This document shows positions 29,200 through 37,267 of a stretch of DNA of 64,000 bases, piece by piece. The translations under genes and the position numbers were made by a program. The notes beneath the pieces are model-generated. The model worked only from the letters and a program-made list of their open reading frames with translations. It made no database searches and was not told the DNA's origin. This stretch comes from Clostridiales bacterium (GTDB lineage Bacteria > Bacillota > Clostridia > Christensenellales > DTU072), in assembly GCA_012520515.1 (NCBI GenBank), contig JAAYOD010000045.1, forward strand, positions 4,352 to 68,351, given 5' to 3'. The stretch's first letter is position 1. Each line of letters starts with the position of its first letter.

Positions 29200-30048
29200 C
29201 TAGCTAGCTTTTTCTTCGTCTAGGTAAGTGCCCTGAGCGTAATATCCTACATCCATCATAAGATTGCCAAGCGCCGCGCCAAACTCGGGAGCGCCTTCTA
29301 TAACTAGATAACCTTGTTTTAGATAATCTATCATATTGGCTTTGCTCATAAGAATATCTAGCGCATGCTTTGGTGTGTCAAATCTCATGGTTAGGAATGG
29401 CTTGGAGCGTTTGTATTCTCCTCTGCCTGATGCGGAATTACCGGCTTTTACCCTTAGCCATGCTTGTAAGTCGTCATAACCATCCACTGCGTAAGCATAA
29501 GCTCTGTCAGGGCTGGATTCTGTAAATGCTCTTGTTGCTGGGTGTCCCACTTTGTTAAGCTGGCTTATGCCGTTGCTAAGCAGATAAAAATATAGTTTTA
29601 TCAGCATTAGCTGATCTTCAAGCTTAGCGGGAGCATCTTTAGCTTGCAACAACGCTGCCATTCTTAGAAGTGTTAGTAAAATTGCTACAAATTTGCCAAA
29701 GTTTTTGAGCACTCCTTTCATTTTGGGCAGCGGCATTCCTTTGCCTGTAAAGAATAGTATGAACTTTTCTACGGTAGGGAACTCTAGCTCAATATCGGGA
29801 TTGGAATGGGATTGGCAAACATGGGTTGTCCATGCGCCGTTTTCCACTACAAAGTGAGTGGAAAGCTTGCCTGTTTTTTTGAACTCGTCGGAGAGTACGC
29901 TTACCTGAAAGACAAAGCTCTTGCCTGCAAATTTTTTCTTAAACTTGGGTTCTGTCTCGGCAATGACCTTAAGTAATGGCAATGCAGAGAAGAAAAATAT
30001 TCGCAAAGCATATTTATCCCCTTGGGTCATTTTTTTTGTTTCTGCCAT
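29200..30048 (-). CDS. Uncharacterised protein with C-terminal SCP2-like domain (paralog of 33330..34082)
   Basis: 282 aa. C-terminus ...TMRFDTPKHALDILMSKANMIDYLKQGYLVIEGAPEFGAALGNLM fits the SCP2 pattern (D..f..ll.Gk......l..G...i.G.......l..l). Collinear with the 250-aa protein at 33330. Confidence 0.55.
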   Translation of the reverse strand: MAETKKMTQGDKYALRIFFFSALPLLKVIAETEPKFKKKFAGKSFVFQVSVLSDEFKKTGKLSTHFVVENGAWTTHVCQSHSNPDIELEFPTVEKFILFFTGKGMPLPKMKGVLKNFGKFVAILLTLLRMAALLQAKDAPAKLEDQLMLIKLYFYLLSNGISQLNKVGHPATRAFTESSPDRAYAYAVDGYDDLQAWLRVKAGNSASGRGEYKRSKPFLTMRFDTPKHALDILMSKANMIDYLKQGYLVIEGAPEFGAALGNLMMDVGYYAQGTYLDEEKAS

Positions 30049-30050
30049 TT

Positions 30051-31142
30051 TTATACCTCGTCAATCCAATTTTCGCCCGCAGGAATCAATCTTGAAGCTA
30101 CATCGCCTGCATTGCCGCTTGCGCCAGCTATATCAAGCTTAGTGCCTTTTACTGTTTCTTCTTCAAACTCTTGGCTAAGCAGTTCTAGCACATTTTTCAC
30201 AATGCCTTCAGCGTCGATTTCGTGCATGGCCATTAGGTCTTCATGTAGTCCAATTGCTGAGAACTTATCTTGTAGACCTAGCTTTCTAAAGGCGCAAGCC
30301 AAACCGCTTTCTACTACAACTTCGCCAACGGCGCTACCAAGCCCGCCAATTACGGAATGGTCTTCTGCAGTAACAATGCGGCGCGTATCTTTAACTGCCT
30401 TTATGATTGCTTCTTTATCAATGGGTTTTATTGTGTGCATATTTAGCACTCTTGCCGAAATATTATGGTCATACTCTAGTATTTTTGCCGCTTGTATTGC
30501 TTGATACACGCAAGAGCCGCAAGCTATTATGGTAACATCTTTACCGTCAGTCATTTCTACTGCTTTTCCTACTTCAAAACCATAGTCATCGGTATTATAA
30601 ACCACTTGGTCAAATCCGCGATTGATTCTGATATAGAATGGTCCTTCGGTGTTTGCCGCAGCTCTTACAGCAAGTCCTGTTTCAATGCCGTCAGCTGGAC
30701 AAATAAGAGTCATATTTACCAAACTTCTTACAACAGCAAAGTCTTCTATGGCGTGGTGAGTAGAGCCTGCTTGTCCAAATGATGTGCCGCCATGAGTGCC
30801 AATAATTTTAACATTGACATTTTGATAGCAAATGTCGGTATGAATTTGGTCAAGCGATCTTAATGAAGCAAACACAGAGAAAGACGATGCAAAAGGAACT
30901 AGGCCGCATTTTGCAAGACCTGAAGCCATGCCGTACATATTTGCTTCGGCAATGCCTACATTTATAAATCTATCAGGAAATTTTTCGGCAAAATCGCCAA
31001 TCTTGGTGGAGCCTTTTAAGTCTGCCGTCATAGCAACTATATTAGGATTTTCTTCCCCTAGCTCGCACAATGTTTTGCCGTATATTTCAGCAGTAGCTAG
31101 CTTTGTGCTTTCTACTGCAGTATAACTTAATCCGCCTGCCAT
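30051..31142 (-). CDS. Transketolase, C-terminal (pyrimidine-binding + C-terminal domain) subunit, with about 40-aa C-terminal tail
   Basis: 363 aa. Motifs FINVGIAEANMYGMASGLA, GTHGGTSFGQAGSTHHAIED, MHTIKPID. Extra tail ...EFEEETVKGTKLDIAGASGNAGDVASRLIPAGENWIDEV. Confidence 0.85.
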   Translation of the reverse strand: MAGGLSYTAVESTKLATAEIYGKTLCELGEENPNIVAMTADLKGSTKIGDFAEKFPDRFINVGIAEANMYGMASGLAKCGLVPFASSFSVFASLRSLDQIHTDICYQNVNVKIIGTHGGTSFGQAGSTHHAIEDFAVVRSLVNMTLICPADGIETGLAVRAAANTEGPFYIRINRGFDQVVYNTDDYGFEVGKAVEMTDGKDVTIIACGSCVYQAIQAAKILEYDHNISARVLNMHTIKPIDKEAIIKAVKDTRRIVTAEDHSVIGGLGSAVGEVVVESGLACAFRKLGLQDKFSAIGLHEDLMAMHEIDAEGIVKNVLELLSQEFEEETVKGTKLDIAGASGNAGDVASRLIPAGENWIDEV

Positions 31143-31143
31143 A

Positions 31144-32019
31144 TTACTTGCCCTCCTTTTCTGCTACTGTCTTTCTTTCTTCAAAGAATTTTGCCAAGTC
31201 TTCGGTAGCTGTCTTAAATTTAGCGTCGTCAATTGCGCCATAATGCCACTTGTAATTGTCTGCCATAAAGCTAACGCCTTGTCCTTTTATGGTGTCTGCA
31301 ATAATGCAAACAGGTTGCTCGTTATCTTTTTTGGCCATAGCATATTCTAGCGCTTGGCAAATTTCGTCAAAGCGGTGACCGTTTATTACCTTTACATCAA
31401 ATCCAAATGCTTTCCATTTGTCAGCAAACGGCTCCAAGCCCATAACATCTTCAGTGTTACCGTCTATGCAGTTATGGTTTCTATCCACAATGGTAACTAG
31501 CTTGCTCATCTTAAAGTGCGCTGTCGCCATAGCAGCTTCCCAAATTGAACCTTCGTGGCATTCGCCGTCGCCTAAGATAAGGAAAGTGTTGTAATCTTGT
31601 TTTTTAAGCCTAGCTGCCATAGCCATGCCTAGAGCAATGGATGAACCATGTCCAAGTGAGCCAGTGGATGCATCAAGACCTTTTACTTTGTTGCTGTCAA
31701 GGTGCATACCTAGTTTGCTTCCTGTAAGGTTAAAGGTTTTTAACTCTTCTACATCAACTAATCCAAGGTCAGCAAATAAAGCTGCAAGCGCAATGCCTAT
31801 GTGACCTTTACTTACTACACAGCGGTCACGGTCGGGGTCGGTAGGATTTTTGGGGTCAAAGTTCATATACTTGTGGTATAATGCGGTAAGTATATCTATC
31901 GCGCTAAAACTGCCGCCAATATGTCCGCTTCCCGCCCAGTAGGTGGTTTTCAAGGTAAGATTACGCAAGTCATTAGCTTTTGCTTCTAAGCGCAACCACT
32001 CTTGTTTTGTTAAAGCCAT
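31144..32019 (-). CDS. Transketolase, N-terminal (ThDP/PP-binding) subunit
   Basis: 291 aa. SGHIGGSFS, VVSKGH, ThDP motif LGDGECHEGSIWEA. One nt from the C-terminal subunit gene. Confidence 0.9.
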   Translation of the reverse strand: MALTKQEWLRLEAKANDLRNLTLKTTYWAGSGHIGGSFSAIDILTALYHKYMNFDPKNPTDPDRDRCVVSKGHIGIALAALFADLGLVDVEELKTFNLTGSKLGMHLDSNKVKGLDASTGSLGHGSSIALGMAMAARLKKQDYNTFLILGDGECHEGSIWEAAMATAHFKMSKLVTIVDRNHNCIDGNTEDVMGLEPFADKWKAFGFDVKVINGHRFDEICQALEYAMAKKDNEQPVCIIADTIKGQGVSFMADNYKWHYGAIDDAKFKTATEDLAKFFEERKTVAEKEGK

Positions 32020-32048
32020 AAATCTATTTCCTCCTAAAAGTTATAAAG

Positions 32049-33317
32049 TTAGTTACGATTAAGTTCGGGGTGCATTCTGCGAACGGCTTTATAAGCTTCG
32101 TCTGCTACATCCCAAGTGAACTGAATGTCTTCGTCGGAAAGAGCGGCGTTTATGAAGAGATTGTGGTGATTGGTAAAGAACACTCCTCTCTTGACGCACT
32201 CTGCTACCCATTCTTGATGTAAAATGGTGGATGGGTAGTCGTTGCCTAGACGCATATACCACATTGACGGCTCACCTGTAACAATTAGGTCAAAGTCATG
32301 GGATTTAGCTACTTTTACTAGACCTTCTGTTAGTTTTTTGCCTTTTTCTGTGACAACTTTAGCAACATCAATTTCTTTCATTTTCTTAATAGCTGCAATA
32401 GCCGCTGCAAAAGGCACTGCTGATAGCCAGTAGCTTCCTGTATACATAATATCTTCAGCCGCTCCTCTCATTTCGTTAGTGCCGCATAGCGCTGAAACAT
32501 TATAGCCGTTTGCTAGAGCCTTACAGAAACAAGAAATGTCTGCCTTTATGCCATAGTGGTAGTCTGAGCCTTTTAGGTTTAGACGGAATCCGCAACGCAC
32601 ATCATCAATGATAAGCACAATGCCATTATCGTCACAAATCTTTCTTATCTTTTCCCAGTAGCCTGGCGCAGGTAAAGCGTTGTCCACCATAGTGGGATGA
32701 TAATAAGGTGTAGAAATAAATGCTGCGATTTCGCCTGGATGCTCTTTTACAAGCTGTTCAAGTTGTTCAGGCGCGTTCCAGTCGATATAAAAGTTATTCA
32801 TGACATCTTCTTTAATAATGCCAGAATATCCTATATGTTGACACCAGGGCGCAACACCATGATAAAAGCCTTTTACAAGAACTAATTTTTTACGGTTGGT
32901 TTTGGCTTTGGCAATCATAGTAGCAAACTGTGTAACATCGCCACCGTTTTTGGCAAAGAATGCCCAATCTGCCATAGCGATAGTGTCTACCATAAGCTCG
33001 GCAAAATCTACCAATAACTCAGTTGGCAAAGTCATGCAGTCGCCTTTTTTGATTTGTGCAATTGCTGCGGCTTCTACATCTGGGTCATTGTATCCCAAAA
33101 TATTTGGTCCATATGCGCACATATAGTCTACAAAACGATTGCCGTCGGCGTCCCAGAAATATGCGCCTTGCGCTTTTTCTGCAAACAATGGGAATGCGCT
33201 GATTGGTACGGCGCAACCGCTAGCAGGTCCAAGGTGGCCGTATACGCCTGCGGGTACAACCTTTAATGCCCTGCGGAATAATTCATTACTCTTAGTGTAA
33301 TCATTAAGTTTCATCAT
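32049..33317 (-). CDS. Class-III (GSAM-like) PLP-dependent aminotransferase/aminomutase, substrate unknown
   Basis: 422 aa. N-terminal pattern like glutamate-1-semialdehyde aminomutase (VVPAGV...G.YFWDADGNRFVDY), IIDDVRCGFR, putative PLP-Lys in CFCKALANGYNVSA. Confidence 0.8.
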   Translation of the reverse strand: MMKLNDYTKSNELFRRALKVVPAGVYGHLGPASGCAVPISAFPLFAEKAQGAYFWDADGNRFVDYMCAYGPNILGYNDPDVEAAAIAQIKKGDCMTLPTELLVDFAELMVDTIAMADWAFFAKNGGDVTQFATMIAKAKTNRKKLVLVKGFYHGVAPWCQHIGYSGIIKEDVMNNFYIDWNAPEQLEQLVKEHPGEIAAFISTPYYHPTMVDNALPAPGYWEKIRKICDDNGIVLIIDDVRCGFRLNLKGSDYHYGIKADISCFCKALANGYNVSALCGTNEMRGAAEDIMYTGSYWLSAVPFAAAIAAIKKMKEIDVAKVVTEKGKKLTEGLVKVAKSHDFDLIVTGEPSMWYMRLGNDYPSTILHQEWVAECVKRGVFFTNHHNLFINAALSDEDIQFTWDVADEAYKAVRRMHPELNRN

Positions 33318-33329
33318 ATATGCCTCCTC

Positions 33330-34082
33330 TTACATTAAGTAGTGACCTACCATGGTCAATAATTTGGACACTTGGTCAAGCATGGAAAGTTTGCCTTTAA
33401 TTAGGAATTTGCCTTCTCCAAGTCCTTTGTAGCTAGATGTTTTTCCGTTAAGTAAATCATGCGCAAAATCTAAATCTGCAAATTCCATAACAGCTCTTGG
33501 ATTTTCAGAACCGCCTAGTCTTGCCGACATAACGCCGTTTGTTACATTAATAGTTACTTGAATGCCTCCAGGAATACCGCAGGCTATGTCGCCGTCAACT
33601 ATTCTAGATGCCACTATCTTACCAACTTCGTCAGAATTTCCGATTTGGCACATTGCAAAGAACGCTGTATAAGCAGTTAGGATAGTATTAATTTCAAAAT
33701 ACTTTCTATCTTTTAATAGTTCTTCGGTGGGCTTTAGGAAGTAGCTTAGTCTATCAGCTAGCTTAGTAAAGGTGTTTAACAAAAATCCAACCTTAAAAAT
33801 GTTTATAAACATGGGTATGGTTTTTTCCCCGTCTATAAGTTTGTTGAAGTGTTCCGGCGAATTAAACCATAGTTTTAACTGCGCTTTTGATTGGTCTGGA
33901 ACAAAGGTGCATTTACCGTCTTTGAATATCAATGATGCAGTGCCTACATCGGGCACATTGAAAGAGACTGATGTCTTTTCATCTTTTATGATATCTTTTG
34001 AGACATCGTCTAATTCGCATAAATCTTGAATATTACGCAAAACGGCAAACAAATTTATTTTTGCCTTGGTTACATTGTCCAT
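33330..34082 (-). CDS. Uncharacterised protein with C-terminal SCP2-like domain (paralog of 29200..30048)
   Basis: 250 aa. C-terminus MEFADLDFAHDLLNGKTSSYKGLGEGKFLIKGKLSMLDQVSKLL fits the SCP2 pattern. AAGGAGG RBS. First gene of the operon. Confidence 0.55.
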   Translation of the reverse strand: MDNVTKAKINLFAVLRNIQDLCELDDVSKDIIKDEKTSVSFNVPDVGTASLIFKDGKCTFVPDQSKAQLKLWFNSPEHFNKLIDGEKTIPMFINIFKVGFLLNTFTKLADRLSYFLKPTEELLKDRKYFEINTILTAYTAFFAMCQIGNSDEVGKIVASRIVDGDIACGIPGGIQVTINVTNGVMSARLGGSENPRAVMEFADLDFAHDLLNGKTSSYKGLGEGKFLIKGKLSMLDQVSKLLTMVGHYLM

Positions 34083-34139
34083 AAATTAACCTCCTTAGAA
34101 ATAGTGGTGTCATTAATAAAATAAACTACATTTAATTTT

Positions 34140-34168
34140 ATGATAGCATAGCCAAAAAAAACTATCAA
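34140..34168 (-). promoter_or_regulatory. Sigma-A-type promoter of the SCP2-like/aminotransferase/transketolase operon
   Basis: Minus strand TTGATA (34168-63), 17-nt spacer, TATCAT (34145-40), about 55 nt upstream of ATG 34082. Confidence 0.5.
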
Positions 34169-34197
34169 TACCCAATTTTGAGAAAAAACAATATTAA

Positions 34198-35268
34198 TTA
34201 GGAAATATATATTTTTTTCACTCTTTGCGACAGATGGGTAACTATCTCATAGGATATTGTAGACGACATTTGCGCAATGTCATTTGCAGTGATTATTTCC
34301 TTGCCAAAAATTGTAACATAATCACCTGTTTTTACATTGCCTGCATTTGTTATATCTATCATAGTAAAATCCATGCACACATTGCCTACAATATCGCAAA
34401 CAACGCCATTTACAAACACCTTGCCCGTATTGGACAGGCATCTCATAAGCCCGTCTGCGTACCCAACTGCGACAACGGCTACGCGTATACGCTTTTTAGC
34501 TGTGTACGCCAAATCGTAGCCCACGCTTTCCCCTTTAGCTACATCTTTTATTTGTATTATTTTTGCTTTTAGAGTCATAGATGGATATAAATTTTCTTTT
34601 TGGGGGATATATTGCTCTAAACCTATACGCACACAATCAAAATTGTTTTTTTCATTTTTGCAACCTATACTGTTTGCCATATGACATAAAGGTATCTTTA
34701 TATTTTTTTGTCGTAAATAGTCTAAAACTTTTATAAAGTTATTTCTTTGCCTTTCAGTAAAAAAATTATCTTGCGCTTTTGCAAGGTGGGTAAAAATACC
34801 GTCTATATTAATATAAGGAGAAGTAAATATATTGTTTATAGTATCAAAATCATCATATCTTATGCCTATTCTATTCATTCCCGTATCTATTTTTAGGTGA
34901 ACTTTTATGACTAAGGAATGCTTTTGGGCAAATTCTGTGTACTGGTCAAAGATTTCCTTACTGTAAATGGTGGTCATAATCTCATATTTATTGGCAATCT
35001 TTAGCTTAGCGCTGACAGTTTCGCCAAGCACTAAAATAGGCTTAGCTATACCCTGCTTTCTCAGTAAAACTCCTTCTTGCAAGGTAGCTACTGCTATATA
35101 ATCAATAATGTTTTGAGTAAACTTAGCCACTTGTACTGCGCCATGCCCATAAGCGTTTGCTTTTAGCACTGACATTATCTTTATATCTTTAGCTAAGTCT
35201 TTCTTTATCGCTAAGAGATTGTTTTTTATAGCTTGCAAATCAATCTCAGCAATGACTCGGTCATTCAT
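34198..35268 (-). CDS. alr: Alanine racemase
   Basis: Track start is TTG 35271. ATG 35268 gives MNDRVIAEIDL. PLP-Lys motif SVLKANAYGHG. C-terminal beta domain (VGYADG, ISYEI). Confidence 0.9.
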   Translation of the reverse strand: MNDRVIAEIDLQAIKNNLLAIKKDLAKDIKIMSVLKANAYGHGAVQVAKFTQNIIDYIAVATLQEGVLLRKQGIAKPILVLGETVSAKLKIANKYEIMTTIYSKEIFDQYTEFAQKHSLVIKVHLKIDTGMNRIGIRYDDFDTINNIFTSPYINIDGIFTHLAKAQDNFFTERQRNNFIKVLDYLRQKNIKIPLCHMANSIGCKNEKNNFDCVRIGLEQYIPQKENLYPSMTLKAKIIQIKDVAKGESVGYDLAYTAKKRIRVAVVAVGYADGLMRCLSNTGKVFVNGVVCDIVGNVCMDFTMIDITNAGNVKTGDYVTIFGKEIITANDIAQMSSTISYEIVTHLSQRVKKIYIS

Positions 35269-36109
35269 CAATAGTAGTACCTTTTATATAGTCATCAAAT
35301 ATGGCTTGTTGTAAAGTTTTAAAAAGCTCTTCCCCCTTTCCCCCAATAGCGTCATTGTCAATTTGTATAACTTCATTACATAGACTTCCTGCCGATGAAT
35401 TTATTACAGTGTCGGCAACTTTAAGTTCTTGCAAAGTAAAATGCCTTTCTTCAAATGGAATACCTATCTGGCTGCATTTTTCTAACAAATGCTTTCTGGC
35501 AATGCCATTTAATACATTGCAATCTAGCGGTGATGTAATAAACACTCCATCTTTTAAATAAGAGATGTTGCTGTGGGCACATTCTGTAACATAGTTATTT
35601 CTTACAAATACCACTTCATCAAAATCATCATCAGCGGCTTTAGTGCGCGCTAAGGTATTTGCCAAGATGTTAGGAGTCTTTATATTGCAGTAATAATGTC
35701 TTGTATCTACTGAAGACATAAGTTTTAGCTGTTTGTCCATAGGATATATGCTTTTGGGGGTCAGCATAATAAGCAAATTGGCTATAAGGTCTTTGTCGTA
35801 AACATGACTTCTTATTTGCGTACCCCTTGACGCTTGCCAATAGACCATTTGTTCTGGGCTGTCAACTTTATGTACTAGTTCTAAAATAATATCTTTTAGC
35901 TTGTTTTTTGTAAAGGATAGATTGATACCGAAATAGGCCGCGCTTGCAAAAAATCTATCGATGTGTTCATCTAAGCTGTATGGAATGTAGTTTCTGGTAT
36001 AAACCGATTCATAAACAGCGTCGCCAAAAGCTATGCTTCTATCCAGCATAGGAATAGACATAAACTCTAAAAGACCATACCTGCCATTATAATACCCTAA
36101 ATTTTTCAT
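35261..36109 (-). CDS. Class-IV aminotransferase (D-amino-acid / branched-chain type)
   Basis: 282 aa. Fold-type IV pattern (RSIAFGDAVYE, EHIDRF, ECAHSNI, VLNGIARK). Overlaps alr, which suggests D-Ala/D-Glu metabolism. Dat versus IlvE not resolvable by eye. Confidence 0.75.
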   Translation of the reverse strand: MKNLGYYNGRYGLLEFMSIPMLDRSIAFGDAVYESVYTRNYIPYSLDEHIDRFFASAAYFGINLSFTKNKLKDIILELVHKVDSPEQMVYWQASRGTQIRSHVYDKDLIANLLIMLTPKSIYPMDKQLKLMSSVDTRHYYCNIKTPNILANTLARTKAADDDFDEVVFVRNNYVTECAHSNISYLKDGVFITSPLDCNVLNGIARKHLLEKCSQIGIPFEERHFTLQELKVADTVINSSAGSLCNEVIQIDNDAIGGKGEELFKTLQQAIFDDYIKGTTIDE

Positions 36110-36281
36110 TTTACTAAACTCCTTAAATCAATGCATTAAAAAAAACCGTAATCAATGTTCACATATACTATATGCAAAGATGTGACAAAAATAGTCCTAA
36201 AAACAAGTTATAAGGAAATTGCTTGCAAATAAAATGCAAAGTAATGTAATATTATAATAATGATAGATTAAGGAGGCAACT

Positions 36282-37151
36282 ATGTCGATATTATTTATAG
36301 ACACAGACTGTGAACTACCCTTTGCAAAAGCCAAAGAAGCAGGTATAACCAATATTATAAAAATGCCTTATACCATTTGTGGACAACAATACTACGATGA
36401 TTTAGGTGAAACAGAATATAATGCAAAAGAGTTTTTTGATAAAGTAAGGGCGGGTAATATGCCCACAACCAGCGGACTCAATGTAGAGGAGTACAAGGAA
36501 TATTTTGAGCCTTACTTTGCTCAAGATGAAGATATACTATATGTAAGTTTTTCAGATAAAATGAGCAGCACATTCAACTATATGGATATAGCTGTTAAAG
36601 AGCTTTCAGAAAAATACCCCAAAGCTAAATTTACAAGATTTGACACTAAAGGTATAAGCCTAGGAGCAGGGCTTCCTTGCTATTACGCAGGTTTAATGCA
36701 TAGCCAAGGCAAGTCAAATGAAGAAATTATTGAATTTTTAACAACTTTTATTAAGAAGATAAATGTAGTTATCTCCCCGTCTGACCTAAAACACTTAAAA
36801 AGGGGCGGACGCATTTCGGGAGTGCAAGCTACCCTAGGCACGCTGTTGCAAGTAAAACCAATAATAAAACTTATCGATGGCAAACTTGTAAACACTTCCA
36901 AAGTTAATGGCAGAAATAAAGCTATTAATACCATAGCAGAATGCGTTATTAATGAAGTTAGAGAAAAGGAAACATATCCTATTATTATACTTGACGCAGA
37001 CTGTAAAGCTGATGCTGAAAAGCTGCGCGATAAAATAATAAATGCTTACCCTGATGCTACTATTTGGACGCTTGATGTTGGCCCTGTTATAGGAACTCAT
37101 TGCGGACCAGATACCATAGCTGCAGTATTTGTAGGCGATATAAAAGAATAA
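36282..37151 (+). CDS. DegV family fatty-acid-binding protein
   Basis: 289 aa. DegV pattern (TTSGLNVEEY, LKHLKRGGRISG, GTHCGPDT). Confidence 0.85.
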   Translation: MSILFIDTDCELPFAKAKEAGITNIIKMPYTICGQQYYDDLGETEYNAKEFFDKVRAGNMPTTSGLNVEEYKEYFEPYFAQDEDILYVSFSDKMSSTFNYMDIAVKELSEKYPKAKFTRFDTKGISLGAGLPCYYAGLMHSQGKSNEEIIEFLTTFIKKINVVISPSDLKHLKRGGRISGVQATLGTLLQVKPIIKLIDGKLVNTSKVNGRNKAINTIAECVINEVREKETYPIIILDADCKADAEKLRDKIINAYPDATIWTLDVGPVIGTHCGPDTIAAVFVGDIKE

Positions 37152-37176
37152 CTTTATTGCATTTTAATGTTAGCTC

Positions 37177-37213
37177 AAGCCTAAAACAAAATTATTGTTT
37201 TAGGCTTGTTTTG
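37177..37213 (+). terminator. Intrinsic terminator after degV
   Basis: 13-bp stem aagcctaaaacaa/ttgttttaggctt, loop aatta, followed by gTTTTgg. Confidence 0.7.
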
Positions 37214-37267
37214 GTTAAATAATTTATTCATACAAAATACTGTTTTGGTATCATAGGCTACAAATAA

